NCBI GenBank assembly: GCA_016875225.1
Contig: VGRW01000004.1
Location: 7,111 to 71,110 of the forward strand
Direction: 5' to 3'
Origin: Deltaproteobacteria bacterium
GTDB taxonomy: Bacteria; Myxococcota_A; UBA9160; SZUA-336
DNA: 64,000 nucleotides
Within the stretch, counting starts at the first letter, position 1, and each line of letters opens with the position of its first letter. Below, one piece after another: positions 16,707-26,590 of this stretch. Both the position numbers and the translations under genes were made by a program. The notes under the pieces are model-generated. The model saw only the letters and a program-made list of their open reading frames with translations. It was not told where the DNA came from and ran no database searches.

Positions 16707-18590
16707 TCAATTCGCGATCGGCGCGATCGCGGTGTGGCTGCGGACCGCCGTGACGAGCGAAGGCTCCTTGACGTCGCGGAAGAACAGCTGGCCCCAGCCC
16801 TCGAGCATCAGCAGCCGCACCTTGAAGGCGGGACCGGACGCCGATAGCAGGTGGCGGAGCGCCGGGTCGCTCAGCCGGTACAGGTCCGCGACGAAGCCCC
16901 GTCGGAAGAGCTCGGGCGCAACGGTCATGCGCTCGTAGGCATTCACCGGAAAGCCCCGCTTTCGCCTGCGGCTCAAGCTGCGCGGCAGGTAGCGGTCCGC
17001 CACCCGGCGAAGGATCCACTTGTCGCGCAGAAAAGGGTGAGCCTTGTCGAGCACGGTCGGGGAGGGCCGGATCTTGTAGCGGTGCGGCAGATTCACAGCT
17101 CGGCGCACGACCGGATGATCCAGGTACGGAAAGCGCGCCTCGACGCTCGCAGCCATCCCCAGTGCGTCGTTGCGGTGCAGCAGGGTCCGCAGGTGGTAGC
17201 CGAGCCAGCCGAGCGAGCGATAGTCGCGTGGGCTCACCATCGAACCGGACTCGCGGATCCGCTGCTCGATCTGCTCGCGATCCAGCACCGTCTCGAAATT
17301 CTGCTCCATGCCCTGGACCAGGCTCCCGAAGCCGACCTCCGCCGGCCAGATCTCCTTGCCAAGGAGGGGAATGCGGTGGACCAGCTCGCGCAGCCCCGAG
17401 ATCGCGGCGCGGTAGCGCTGTCGCAGGTCCTCGAACGGGATCTCGCGGTAGCCGAGAAAGCACTCGTCGGCGCCCTCTCCGGAGAGGATCGCCTTCACTC
17501 CGCTCTCACGGACCAAGCGCGACACCCGCAGGAAAGGAATCGAGTTCGGGTGGTATGCGAAGGGGTACTCGTAGTGCCAGAGCGCCGCGGGCAGCTGCTC
17601 GCAGAAGTCCTCGTCGCGCACCTCCACCGACTTCATGTCGAGGCGCAGGTGCTTCGCGAGCATCCGGGCTGCATCGGACTCGCTCTCGGGGCCCACCACG
17701 TCTGCGTGGAAGATCGCGAGATTCGTGTGGGAGCGGCTGGCCATCGCCATGATCAGCGACGAATCGAGCCCTCCGCTGCAGAGCGCTCCCACCGGCGCGT
17801 CCGCGATCAGGTGCTTCTCGACGCTCGCGAGCAGCAGGCCTTCGAGCTGGTCGATCGACTGCGTCGGTCCCATCGCGGTGAGGCGATCGTGCTCGTCCGG
17901 ATCCCAGAAGTCTCCGATCGAGCGGAAGCAGCGCTCGTGGGGGCGCTGGCCGAAGTGGCTCTCGCGGATCGTGCCGGGAGAGAGGATCGAGACATCGCGG
18001 AAGAACGAGCGGATCCGCGTACTGCCGCCGAATCCGGCCAGGAAGGCCGAGGCCATCTGAGGGTCCGGCTCGAGCGCGACCCAAGGGCGGATCGCCTTGA
18101 TCTCGGAGGCGAAGACCAGCAGCCGCTCGTCCTCGTAGAACGACAGCGGCTTGATTCCGAAGCGATCGCGGACCAGCGTCAGGCTGCGCTGCTCGGCGTC
18201 CCAGAGACCGAACGCGAACATCCCCTCGAGTCGAGGCAGCAGCGCGTCGAGACCGTACTCGACCAGGCCGTTCAGCAGGACTTCAGTGTCGGACGAGGTG
18301 CGGAACGCGACGCCGCGCTGCTCGAGCTCGGCGCGGATCTCGCGGTAGTTGTAGATCTCGCCGTTGTAGACCAGCGCGAAGCGCCCGTTCTCGTCCCAGA
18401 AAGGCCGGTCGCTCCGGCTGGAGAGATCGACGAGCGACAGCCGCGTGTGCACCAGACCGATTCCCTCGGCCCGATGCACGCCCAGGCTGTCCGGACCCCG
18501 GTGGCCGAGCAGCCGGCCGGTCTCGCGGAGCAGCTCCTCGTTGGGGACCGTCCTCCCGTCCCGGTAGACGATCCCGAAGATTCCGCACAC
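16707..18590 (-). CDS. asnB: asparagine synthase (glutamine-hydrolysing) family amidotransferase
   Basis: Ntn-amidotransferase N-terminus (CGIFGIV...) and an ATP-pyrophosphatase motif (LCSGGLDSS). The nucleophile Cys must be residue 2, so the start is the GTG at 18590 (GTG TGC GGA ATC), not the track's 18668. Confidence 0.85.
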   Translation of the reverse strand: MCGIFGIVYRDGRTVPNEELLRETGRLLGHRGPDSLGVHRAEGIGLVHTRLSLVDLSSRSDRPFWDENGRFALVYNGEIYNYREIRAELEQRGVAFRTSSDTEVLLNGLVEYGLDALLPRLEGMFAFGLWDAEQRSLTLVRDRFGIKPLSFYEDERLLVFASEIKAIRPWVALEPDPQMASAFLAGFGGSTRIRSFFRDVSILSPGTIRESHFGQRPHERCFRSIGDFWDPDEHDRLTAMGPTQSIDQLEGLLLASVEKHLIADAPVGALCSGGLDSSLIMAMASRSHTNLAIFHADVVGPESESDAARMLAKHLRLDMKSVEVRDEDFCEQLPAALWHYEYPFAYHPNSIPFLRVSRLVRESGVKAILSGEGADECFLGYREIPFEDLRQRYRAAISGLRELVHRIPLLGKEIWPAEVGFGSLVQGMEQNFETVLDREQIEQRIRESGSMVSPRDYRSLGWLGYHLRTLLHRNDALGMAASVEARFPYLDHPVVRRAVNLPHRYKIRPSPTVLDKAHPFLRDKWILRRVADRYLPRSLSRRRKRGFPVNAYERMTVAPELFRRGFVADLYRLSDPALRHLLSASGPAFKVRLLMLEGWGQLFFRDVKEPSLVTAVRSHTAIAPIAN

Positions 18591-18719
18591 CGACCGTTCC
18601 CGTCTCTGCCATCTAAATCGGCCGAAGAATGAGTGGAAATGATCCCACCCGGTTTCGGTTGCGGACAAGAGGAATGCTGGAGCGGGGCCGCCTGCGCCGC
18701 AATCTCCCTTGCGGGCTCG

Positions 18720-19424
18720 CTACTCGCCGAGCGCGTCCTCGACCGAGTCGGTCGCGATCGGCCCCATCTCGCTGGACAGGGTCTGGACGTGCTTGAGGAC
18801 GGAGACCAGGTACGCGGGCCTGGGGTGGTGGCCTCGTGCGACCAGCCTGCGGACGCGGTAGGGGCCCATGTTGTAGGCCGCGATCGCGAGCGCCGGGTCA
18901 GGGAACATCTCGAGCATCTCGCCGAGATAGCAGGCGCCGATCTGCACGTTTGCCGCCGGATCGAGAAGAGTCTTGGCGCCCGCCCAGGGGATGTTGTGCC
19001 GGCGCGCGACGTCCGCGGCCACGAACGGGCGGACCTGCATCAGGCCGAGCGAGCCTCGCGGCCCGCGGGCATCCGCTCGAAATCGGCTCTCCTGGTGGAT
19101 CACCGCCAGCACGAGCACGGGGTCGACCCGGTGGCTGTGCCGCGCGTCCTCGATCGCCTTGGCCACGCGCGCCCGGTCGACCGGCCGCATGGTCGGGGCG
19201 CGCTGCAGGAGCACGGCCGCGATCCGCGCGCCCATGGAATGATCCGGAGCCGGCTCCTGCTGCGGAGCAGGAGCGGCCTGGGTCGCGAGCGCCGCGGCGG
19301 GCGGATCGATCGGAAGCTCGGAGACGGGCCCGGTCCACGGCGTCTGGCAGGCCGAGAGGGCGAGCGCGAACGCGGCGCCGAGCACCGTCCGCGCGATCCC
19401 CAGTCGAGCGCCAACTCTCTTCAA
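18720..19424 (-). CDS. lytic transglycosylase (SLT domain) lipoprotein
   Basis: SLT motifs: VIHQESRF (catalytic Glu), GLMQV, AYNMG. Probable TTG start at 19424 (preceded by AGGAG) gives the lipoprotein signal (M)KRVGARLGIARTVLGAAFALALSAC. The track ORF extends to 19532. Confidence 0.8.
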   Translation of the reverse strand: MKRVGARLGIARTVLGAAFALALSACQTPWTGPVSELPIDPPAAALATQAAPAPQQEPAPDHSMGARIAAVLLQRAPTMRPVDRARVAKAIEDARHSHRVDPVLVLAVIHQESRFRADARGPRGSLGLMQVRPFVAADVARRHNIPWAGAKTLLDPAANVQIGACYLGEMLEMFPDPALAIAAYNMGPYRVRRLVARGHHPRPAYLVSVLKHVQTLSSEMGPIATDSVEDALGE

Positions 19425-19556
19425 GCCCGGCTCCTGCCGTCCGCGGTCCACCGGTCCCGGAACGGGTCGGTGGCCTTCGGATCGGGTCGGAGTCCACCAA
19501 AGGCTCTCCATGGCTGCTGTGATCGACGTCACCCGGCCCCTGCTTTGTGACGCGCC

Positions 19557-22457
19557 TCACTCGAGCAGGCCGAGCAGGTCCTCGCGGGTGATCGCGGCCG
19601 CCCGATCCGCGCCGGACAGCGCCGCCTCGGCGAGGGCGCGCTTGCGCTCCTGCAGCTCCAGGATCCGCTCCTCGACCGTCTCGCGCGCGACCAGCCGGTA
19701 GACCGAGACCGGCCGGTCCTGGCCGATCCGGTGCGCCCGGTCAGCTGCCTGCTCTTCGACGGCGGGGTTCCACCACGGGTCGAGCAGGAAGACGTGGTCG
19801 GCCGCGGTGAGGTTCAGGCCGGTGCCGCCCGCCCGGAGCGAGATCAGAAGGACCGGCGGCCCCGCCTCCGATTGAAACTCCTCGACCACCGCCTGCCGGT
19901 CGGGCGTGCGGCCATCCAGGCGGGTGAAGCGGATGCCGGCCGCGCGCAGGTGCGGCTCGACCAGGTCGAGGAGCCCGGTCCACTGTGAGAAGACCAGCGC
20001 CTTGTGACCCTCCGCCGCCGCCTCGTCGAGGGCCTCGAGCAGCACCTCGACCTTGGATGAGCTCGGAGCGCTCTGGCCGGGAACCAGCGCGCGGTGGCAG
20101 GACGCCTGGCGCAGGCGAAGCAGGAGCTCGAGCGCCTCGATCACGCTGCCGCCTTGCTGCAGGCGCTCCACCACCTGCCGCTGCGAAGCCGCGCGGACCG
20201 CGTCGTACACCGAGCGCTCGTCCGGGTCGAGCTCGCAGTGGAGCGTCGCGTCGGTGCGCGGCGGCAGCTCCGCCGCCACGACCGACTTCATCCTCCGCAG
20301 CACGAAGGGCGCGATTCGCGCTCGCAGGTGCGCGGCCGCGCCGGGCTCCCCCGACGCGATCGGCCTCGCGTAGCGCTCGCGGAAGTCGCGCAGCGATCCG
20401 AGCAGGCCCGGATTGGCGAAGTGAAGCTGGGACCAGAGCTCGTCGAGCCGGTTCTCGACCGGCGTTCCGGTCAGGGTCAGGCGGAACGTGCCGCGGAGCG
20501 AGAACGCCGCGCGCGCGATCTGGCTGTCGGGGTTCTTGATCGCCTGCGCCTCGTCGAGCGCGATCGTGTCCCACGCCTCGCGCGCAAGGGTCTCGGCGTC
20601 GAGGCGCAGAATTGCGTAGCTCGTGAGCGTCAGGTCCGCATCGCGATCGAGCGCGCGCTTCGGTCCGTGGTAGACGCTGCAGCGAAGCCCGGGCCGGAAC
20701 TGGCCCGCCTGCTGCGCCCAGCCGAAGATCACGCTGGTCGGCGCCACCACGAGCGTGCGTCCGCGCAGGGCGCAGAGCGCCTGGAGCGTCTTGCCGAGCC
20801 CCATGTCGTCGGCCAGCAGACCGCCGAGTCCCGCCTCGGCGAGGAACTGCAGCCAGGCGACGCCCTGGCGCTGGTAGCTGCGCAGCTCGGCTCGGAGATC
20901 CCGAGGCAGCCGCGGCTCCGGCAGGCCGGCGAAATCGCCGACCAGCGCCCGCAGCCGCTCGAACCCGGGCGGGGCGGGCTCGCCGAGCTCCTCGCAGAGT
21001 CGGGCCAGATCGGGCACGGCGCAGGTCGGAAGGCGGCCGTCGGCGTCGCTGGCAGCGAGCAGGTCCAGAACACGCCGACCGTGCCTCTCGAGCCAGTCCG
21101 TCGGCAGCTCCGCGAAGCCCCCGCCGAGGAGCGGCACCAGGGATTCGCCTTCCTGCCATGCGCTCAGAACGCTCGCGGCATTCACCCGGCCCCCGCCGCC
21201 GCGCGGCTCGAAGGCGAGCTCGAAGCGGTCGGAGCCGGTCGAGAGCCGGGGCTCGAGCGCGGCCTCGAGCCGGAACTGCTCGTGCGCGCGCCCGACGATC
21301 TCGCCGGAGAAGCGCTCGAGCTGTGCGCGAAAGGGGATCGCCTGCGCCGCGGGAAGCGTGAGGGAGGCTCCCGGCGCGAGCCCGAGCTCGTGCTCGAGCC
21401 GCGTCGACAGCGCGGCTTCCGCGTTCTCGATCCGGCGCGGGACCGAGCTTGCACCGAGCGCCACGAGCCGTCCGTTCTCGACCTTTGCTACGGGCGGGTC
21501 GCCGTAGACGAGCTCCGCGCGCACGCAGAGCGCATCGCCCTCGCGAGCGACGAGCGCGCGCAGCCGCGGGCGTTCGGCCTGCTCGCGCGGCAGGCGGCGG
21601 CTTCGCACCTCGACCGGGAGCCGGGCGCGGAGATCCGGAATCACCTCCGAGACCAGCCGACCTGCGGCATCGGGCGGGTAATGGCGACCGCGCGGCAGCT
21701 CCTCGCGCTCGCGCGAGGAGAGGTGCGGATCGCCGAGAGGCCGCAGCACCGAGCCGCAGCGCGCGACGCCGTTCGCGAAGCTCTCGTCGTGCCGGGGATC
21801 GGGCACGACGCGAAGCTCGAATCCATCGCCGCGATCCTCGACGAGCGCGATCGGCAGCACCGGCTCGAGCGAAACCGAGACGGGAGCGCCTTCGAGCGAG
21901 ACGTCGTCGCAGCCGAGCAGCGCCACTAGCAGCCGCTGCATCGCCGGAGCCGGCGGCGCACCGGAGCGACGCGGATCGATCAGCCGTTCGACCGCGAGGT
22001 CCGCGGCGCTCGCCAGCGGCACCGGGCCGCTGGCGCGTCCCGCGGCGAAGGCGGCGAGCGTCGCGGGCAGCGGCTCCTCGCGGCCATCGCGCACGAGCAC
22101 GCGCGCGAGCTCGAGCCCGCCCTTCGCGCGCGCGAGCCGGTAGCCGATCCGCGCGCTCGACTCGTTCGGTCGCGGCACCGCGTCGCCGCCCTCGCGCGCG
22201 CGCCGCCAGGCGATCACCGCCGCGGCGACGTGCTCGCACGGATCGTCCGGCCCGTCGCAGTCGCACTCCCAGGCCGTGTCGCGCGGGCGCAGTCGAACCG
22301 CCGGGGCGGCGCGGCCGGCGCGCGTCTCCACGCGCATCACCACCTCGTCCGCCGAGCTCGACTGCGCGTGCACCGCGCCGCTGCGCACCAGCTCCACGCC
22401 GCGCGACCAGACGCTGCGCGCGCATTCCTCGCGCACGGCCTCGAAGAGCTCGTCCAT
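19557..22457 (-). CDS. SNF2-family helicase with N-terminal SWIM zinc finger
   Basis: SWIM CxCx6CxH ([14 protein letters not shown]). SNF2 motifs: [72 protein letters not shown]. Confidence 0.9.
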   Translation of the reverse strand: MDELFEAVREECARSVWSRGVELVRSGAVHAQSSSADEVVMRVETRAGRAAPAVRLRPRDTAWECDCDGPDDPCEHVAAAVIAWRRAREGGDAVPRPNESSARIGYRLARAKGGLELARVLVRDGREEPLPATLAAFAAGRASGPVPLASAADLAVERLIDPRRSGAPPAPAMQRLLVALLGCDDVSLEGAPVSVSLEPVLPIALVEDRGDGFELRVVPDPRHDESFANGVARCGSVLRPLGDPHLSSREREELPRGRHYPPDAAGRLVSEVIPDLRARLPVEVRSRRLPREQAERPRLRALVAREGDALCVRAELVYGDPPVAKVENGRLVALGASSVPRRIENAEAALSTRLEHELGLAPGASLTLPAAQAIPFRAQLERFSGEIVGRAHEQFRLEAALEPRLSTGSDRFELAFEPRGGGGRVNAASVLSAWQEGESLVPLLGGGFAELPTDWLERHGRRVLDLLAASDADGRLPTCAVPDLARLCEELGEPAPPGFERLRALVGDFAGLPEPRLPRDLRAELRSYQRQGVAWLQFLAEAGLGGLLADDMGLGKTLQALCALRGRTLVVAPTSVIFGWAQQAGQFRPGLRCSVYHGPKRALDRDADLTLTSYAILRLDAETLAREAWDTIALDEAQAIKNPDSQIARAAFSLRGTFRLTLTGTPVENRLDELWSQLHFANPGLLGSLRDFRERYARPIASGEPGAAAHLRARIAPFVLRRMKSVVAAELPPRTDATLHCELDPDERSVYDAVRAASQRQVVERLQQGGSVIEALELLLRLRQASCHRALVPGQSAPSSSKVEVLLEALDEAAAEGHKALVFSQWTGLLDLVEPHLRAAGIRFTRLDGRTPDRQAVVEEFQSEAGPPVLLISLRAGGTGLNLTAADHVFLLDPWWNPAVEEQAADRAHRIGQDRPVSVYRLVARETVEERILELQERKRALAEAALSGADRAAAITREDLLGLLE

Positions 22458-22496
22458 CGCCGGCGGAACCTAGCCCGGTCGGGCATCCTCCCGCAC

Positions 22497-23405
22497 GTGA
22501 CTGCGACTCGCGCGACGGATCGGCGCATTCCCGCGCTGCTCGTCTCGGGCTTTCTCGGCTCGGGCAAGACCACGCTCGTGCGAAATCTTCTCGCCGACGC
22601 GCGCGAGCGGGGGCTGCGCCTGGCGATCGTGTCGAACGAGTTCGGCGAGCTCGGGATCGACCGCGCGCTTCTGGGCGGAGGCGACGAGACCTTCGTGGAG
22701 CTCGGCGGGGGCTGCGTCTGCTGCCAGCTCTCCGACGAGCTGGTGGTCACGCTCGAGCGGCTGCGCGAGCGGATCGACCCGGATCGGATCGTGATCGAGA
22801 CCTCGGGCGTCGCGCTGCCCTACGACATCCAGCTCAACTTCTGGCGCGAGCCGGTGTCGCGCTGGATCGGCGACGACGTGACGGTGATCGTGGTGAACGC
22901 CGAGCAGCTCGAGAGCGGTCGCGATCTGGTCGGGACGTTCGAGGACCAGGTCTCGTCTGCGGATCTGATCGTGCTGAACAAGCTGGACCTCGTGCCCGAG
23001 GCGATCGTGCCCGAGCTCGAGGCCCGGCTCCGCGAGATCGAGCCCGACGCGCCGATCCTGCGCACGCGTCACGCAGCGGTGTCGCCCGAGCTGCTCTTCC
23101 CGCCCGAGCTCGAGCAGGCCGCGCGGGCGCGGCGAGCGCGCGCTTCCGGCGCCGCCCACAGCCACGAGGCGTTCGAGACCGACGTGATCGAGATCGAGCG
23201 CGGCCTGGGGCACGACGCGATCCTGCGCCGGATCGCCGCCGAGGGGGCGCTGCGCGCGAAGGGCTTCGTCGCGAGCGACGTCGGCCTTCGCGTCGTTCAG
23301 GGCGTGGGTGCGCGGATCGAGCTCTCGACCCCGCACTCGGCTCCTCCGGCCGAGCTGGTCGGGCGCGTGGTCGTGATCCGAAGAGGGCGCGCAGAGCGTG
23401 GCTAG
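22497..23405 (+). CDS. COG0523 (CobW/YjiA/ZigA-like) metallochaperone GTPase
   Basis: GFLGSGKTTL (Walker A), GGGCVCCQ (CxCC metal motif), ETSG, LNKLD. Start is the GTG at 22497, in frame with the 22230..23405 ORF. Upstream of that point the translation is Arg/Ala shadow sequence. Confidence 0.85.
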   Translation: MTATRATDRRIPALLVSGFLGSGKTTLVRNLLADARERGLRLAIVSNEFGELGIDRALLGGGDETFVELGGGCVCCQLSDELVVTLERLRERIDPDRIVIETSGVALPYDIQLNFWREPVSRWIGDDVTVIVVNAEQLESGRDLVGTFEDQVSSADLIVLNKLDLVPEAIVPELEARLREIEPDAPILRTRHAAVSPELLFPPELEQAARARRARASGAAHSHEAFETDVIEIERGLGHDAILRRIAAEGALRAKGFVASDVGLRVVQGVGARIELSTPHSAPPAELVGRVVVIRRGRAERG

Positions 23406-25965
23406 AGCCGCAGCGTCGATGCGCCTGGTCGATCTGGCCAGCCCGATCGGACGTCTGGACGCGGACGAGATCCTGGCCCGTTTCGTGGACTGGTCGAGCG
23501 AGCGCGGTCTGGTGCCGTACCCCGCGCAGGAGGAGGCGTTCCTGGAGCTCGTCGCGGGCAAGCACGTCGTGCTCTCGACGCCGACCGGCTCCGGCAAATC
23601 GCTCGTCGCAACGCTCCTCCACTTCAAGGCGATGTGCGAGGGGCGGCGCTCGTTCTACACCTCGCCCGTGAAGGCGCTGGTCAGCGAGAAGTTCTTCGCG
23701 CTCTGCCAGGACTTCGGGCCCGAGAACGTCGGCATGCTGACCGGCGACGCGAGCATCAACCCGGCCGCGCCGATCATCTGCTGCACGGCCGAGGTGCTCG
23801 CGAACATGGCGCTGCGCTCGGGCCCGGCGCTCGACGCCCCCTACGTGGTGATGGACGAGTTCCACTTCTACTCCGACGCGCAGCGCGGCGCGGCCTGGCA
23901 GGTGCCGCTTCTGCTGCTGCCGGACACCACGTTCCTGCTGATGTCGGCGACGCTCGGCGACACCCGCGAGATCCGGCGCGACCTCGAGCTGCGAAGCGGC
24001 CGCCCGGTCGCGCTGGTCGCCTCGAGCGAGCGGCCGGTGCCGCTCGACTACGCCTGGTGCGAGACTCCGCTGCACGAGACCGTGCAAGCGCTGCTCGAGT
24101 CGGGCAAGGCGCCGATCTACGTGGTCTCGTTCACGCAGCGCGAGGCAGCGGAGCTCGCGCAGGCGCTGACCAGCCTGAACGTGACCTCGCGCGCGGAGCG
24201 ACTCGAGATCGGCGCGGCACTCGGAGACTTCGAGTTCGACACCGCCTACGGCAAGGAGCTGTCGCGGATCGTGCGCGCGGGCATCGGGATCCACCACGCG
24301 GGTCTGCTGCCGAAGTACCGCCTGCGGGTCGAGCAGCTGGCGCAGCAGGGGCTGCTCAAGGTCATCTCCGGCACCGACACGCTCGGCGTCGGCGTGAACA
24401 TCCCGATCCGGACCGTGCTCTTCACCAAGCTCGCCAAGTTCGACGGGCGGCGCGTCGGCGCGCTCTCGGTGCGCGAGTTCCGGCAGATCAGCGGTCGAGC
24501 CGGACGCAAGGGCTTCGACGAGCACGGCAGCGTCGTGTGTCAGGCGCCGGAGCACGTGATCGAGAACAAGCGCATGCGCGAGCGCTCGTCGAAGCCGGGC
24601 GGAAAGAAGCGCAAGCGCGAGGTGACCCGGAAGCCGCCGCCCGGCTTCGTCGGCTGGAGCGAGGAGAGCTTCGAGCGGCTGATCGAGCGCGTCCCGGAGC
24701 CGCTCGTCTCGCGCTTCCGCGTCAGTCACGGGATGATCCTGCTCCTGCTGCGCCGGGCCGAGGACGACCCCGATCCGCGCGGCGGCTGGCGCGCGGTCGC
24801 GGACCTGATCGCCCGCAGCCACGAGAGCGAGGCTCGCAAGCGGCGCATCCTGCGCGAGGCCGCGCAGCTGTTTCGGGGCCTGCGCGCTGCGGACATCGTG
24901 AGGGTCGAGCGCGACGCGGCGACGGGGCGACGCCGGGTCCGCGTCGCCGACGATCTGCAGTGGGGTTTCTCGCTCCACCACGCGCTCTCGCTCTACGTGG
25001 TCGAGGCGATCTCGTACATCGAGGCGCGCGACGAGGCGTTCGCGTTCGAGGTGCTCTCGCTCGTCGAAGCCGTGCTCGAGGATCCCCGCGCGATCCTGTT
25101 TCGGCAGCTCGACCGGGTCAAGAGCGAGCTCTTCGCTCGGCTCAAGGCGGAGGGCGTGCCCTACGAGGAGCGCATTCGCAGGCTCGAGGAGGTGCAGCCG
25201 CCCGCGCCGAGTCGAGACTTCATCGAGCAGACCTTCGACCTCTTCGCGCGCCGCCACCCCTGGGTGCGCCACCAGGACGTCCACCCGAAGTCGATCGCGC
25301 GCGAGATGTACGAGGGATATTTCAGCTTCGACCACTACGTGCGCTTCTACGGGCTGCAGCGCAGCGAAGGGCTGCTGCTTCGCTACGTCTCGCAGGTCTA
25401 CGACACGATCGTGCAGACGGTTCCCGAGGGCGCGAAGACCGAGGCCGTTCACGACCTGATCGCGTACTTCCGGACCATGCTCGAGCGCGTCGACTCGAGC
25501 CTGGTCGACGAGTGGGAGCGGCTCCTGAATCCCGCCGCGCGCACGGCCGACGCCGCGCCGGCTCCCATGCCGACGCGCGTCTACGACCTCGCGCGGGACG
25601 AGCGGGCGCTTCGCGCACGGGCTCGCGCCGAGCTGCACCGACTGGTCCGCGCGCTCGCCGAGCGCGACTGGGCGGAGGCGTGCGCGTGCGTGCGCGCGGA
25701 TCCCGAAGACCCGTGGACTCCCGAGCGCTTCGAGCGCGCGCTGGCGGCCTTCTTCGCGCAGCACGGCGAGCTCGTGTTCTCGCAGGCGGCGCGCCACTCC
25801 GAGTGGACCCGGATCCGCCCGGATGGCCCGCGCCGCTGGGCCGTCACGCAGGTCCTGCTCGACCCCTCCGACGAGAACGACTGGTTCATCGCGGGCGAGA
25901 TCGACCTCGCGCTCGAGACCGAGCCGGTCGGCCCGCTGCTTCGGCTGCGGACGATCGGGAGCTAG
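23398..25965 (+). CDS. Ski2-like DEAD/DEAH-box helicase with long C-terminal domain (DUF3516-type architecture)
   Basis: STPTGSGKS, MDEFHF, MSATLG, HHAGLLPKYR, GTDTLGVGVNIP, QISGRAGRKG. About 400 aa of helical C-terminal region. The GTG start overlaps the COG0523 gene by 8 nt. An ATG at 23419 is an alternative start. Confidence 0.85.
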   Translation: MARAAASMRLVDLASPIGRLDADEILARFVDWSSERGLVPYPAQEEAFLELVAGKHVVLSTPTGSGKSLVATLLHFKAMCEGRRSFYTSPVKALVSEKFFALCQDFGPENVGMLTGDASINPAAPIICCTAEVLANMALRSGPALDAPYVVMDEFHFYSDAQRGAAWQVPLLLLPDTTFLLMSATLGDTREIRRDLELRSGRPVALVASSERPVPLDYAWCETPLHETVQALLESGKAPIYVVSFTQREAAELAQALTSLNVTSRAERLEIGAALGDFEFDTAYGKELSRIVRAGIGIHHAGLLPKYRLRVEQLAQQGLLKVISGTDTLGVGVNIPIRTVLFTKLAKFDGRRVGALSVREFRQISGRAGRKGFDEHGSVVCQAPEHVIENKRMRERSSKPGGKKRKREVTRKPPPGFVGWSEESFERLIERVPEPLVSRFRVSHGMILLLLRRAEDDPDPRGGWRAVADLIARSHESEARKRRILREAAQLFRGLRAADIVRVERDAATGRRRVRVADDLQWGFSLHHALSLYVVEAISYIEARDEAFAFEVLSLVEAVLEDPRAILFRQLDRVKSELFARLKAEGVPYEERIRRLEEVQPPAPSRDFIEQTFDLFARRHPWVRHQDVHPKSIAREMYEGYFSFDHYVRFYGLQRSEGLLLRYVSQVYDTIVQTVPEGAKTEAVHDLIAYFRTMLERVDSSLVDEWERLLNPAARTADAAPAPMPTRVYDLARDERALRARARAELHRLVRALAERDWAEACACVRADPEDPWTPERFERALAAFFAQHGELVFSQAARHSEWTRIRPDGPRRWAVTQVLLDPSDENDWFIAGEIDLALETEPVGPLLRLRTIGS

Positions 25966-26590
25966 CCTGCTTCGCTCCCGCCCAGCTGCAGATCGGGCAG
26001 ATCGCGGGGTCGTGCCCGCGCGCGGGACAGTGCTCGCGCCCGAAATGGACCAGCTGGAGATGGCGGCGGATCCAATCCTTCTCGGGAAAGACCGCCTTCA
26101 GGTCGCGCTCGGTCTCCACCACGTTCCTGCCGCTCGACAGGCCGAAGCGCTCGGCCAGGCGGTGGATGTGCGTGTCGACCGCGAACGCGGGCACGCCGAA
26201 GCCCTGCGACATCACGATGCTCGCGGACTTGTGGCCGACGCCGGGCAGGGCCTCGAGCGCCGCGAAATCCCTCGGCACCTCTCCCGCGTGGCGCTCGATC
26301 AGGAGCTTCGAGAGCTCGTGGATGTTCCGCGACTTCGCCGGGGCCAGCCCGCAGGAGCGGATGATCTCGTAGATCGCGGGGACGCCGAGCGCGAGCATCG
26401 CCTGTGGGGTGCGCGCGCGCGCGAACAGCACTCGCGTCACCTGGTTCACGCGCACGTCCGTGCACTGCGCGGAGAGCACGACCGCGATCAGCAGCGTGTA
26501 CGGATCGCGGTACGAGAGCGGGACCTCCGGCATCGGGTAGAGCGAGTCGAGGATCTCGCCGATCCGCTTCGCCTTCTCGGCGCGCGTCAT
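25886..26590 (-). CDS. nth: endonuclease III family DNA glycosylase with atypical Fe-S loop
   Basis: MTRAEKAKRIGEILDSLYP..., SAQCTDVRVN, HhH-GPD (LPGVGHKSASIVM...VDTHIHR). The start was set by frame arithmetic (234 aa plus stop) and overlaps the hemH stop (ATGA). The C-terminal cluster loop reads HCPARGHDPAICPIC, with only 3 Cys. Confidence 0.85.
   Translation of the reverse strand: MTRAEKAKRIGEILDSLYPMPEVPLSYRDPYTLLIAVVLSAQCTDVRVNQVTRVLFARARTPQAMLALGVPAIYEIIRSCGLAPAKSRNIHELSKLLIERHAGEVPRDFAALEALPGVGHKSASIVMSQGFGVPAFAVDTHIHRLAERFGLSSGRNVVETERDLKAVFPEKDWIRRHLQLVHFGREHCPARGHDPAICPICSWAGAKQASSRSSAAEAAGRPARSRARGRSRPR

Noticed and set aside
18591-18668. 26-codon upstream extension of the asparagine synthase ORF
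   Set aside because: Ntn amidotransferases need Cys immediately after the initiator Met. The GTG-TGC at 18590 satisfies this requirement.
19741-22425. 894-aa minus-strand ORF and 611-aa plus-strand ORF (20094..21929) overlapping the SNF2 gene
   Set aside because: These are Arg/Ala/Gly/Pro-rich out-of-frame and antisense shadows. Only the 19557..22457 frame carries SWIM and SNF2 motifs.
22458-22496. Zur box or cobalamin riboswitch upstream of the COG0523 gene
   Set aside because: Only 39 nt of GC-rich sequence are available. There is no AT-rich palindrome and no room for a riboswitch.
22834-25797. 987-aa minus-strand ORF
   Set aside because: It is antisense to the COG0523 and helicase genes. 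It is low complexity with no recognisable motifs.
26404-26590. Apparent 1-2 nt disagreement between my manual indexing through (GC)n runs (around 26411-26421 and 26578-26590) and the ORF-track frames for nth and hemH
   Set aside because: Most likely this is my own miscounting of alternating GC runs. The track coordinates are internally consistent, with lengths divisible by three and translations that make sense. I used the track plus frame arithmetic for the nth start at 26590.
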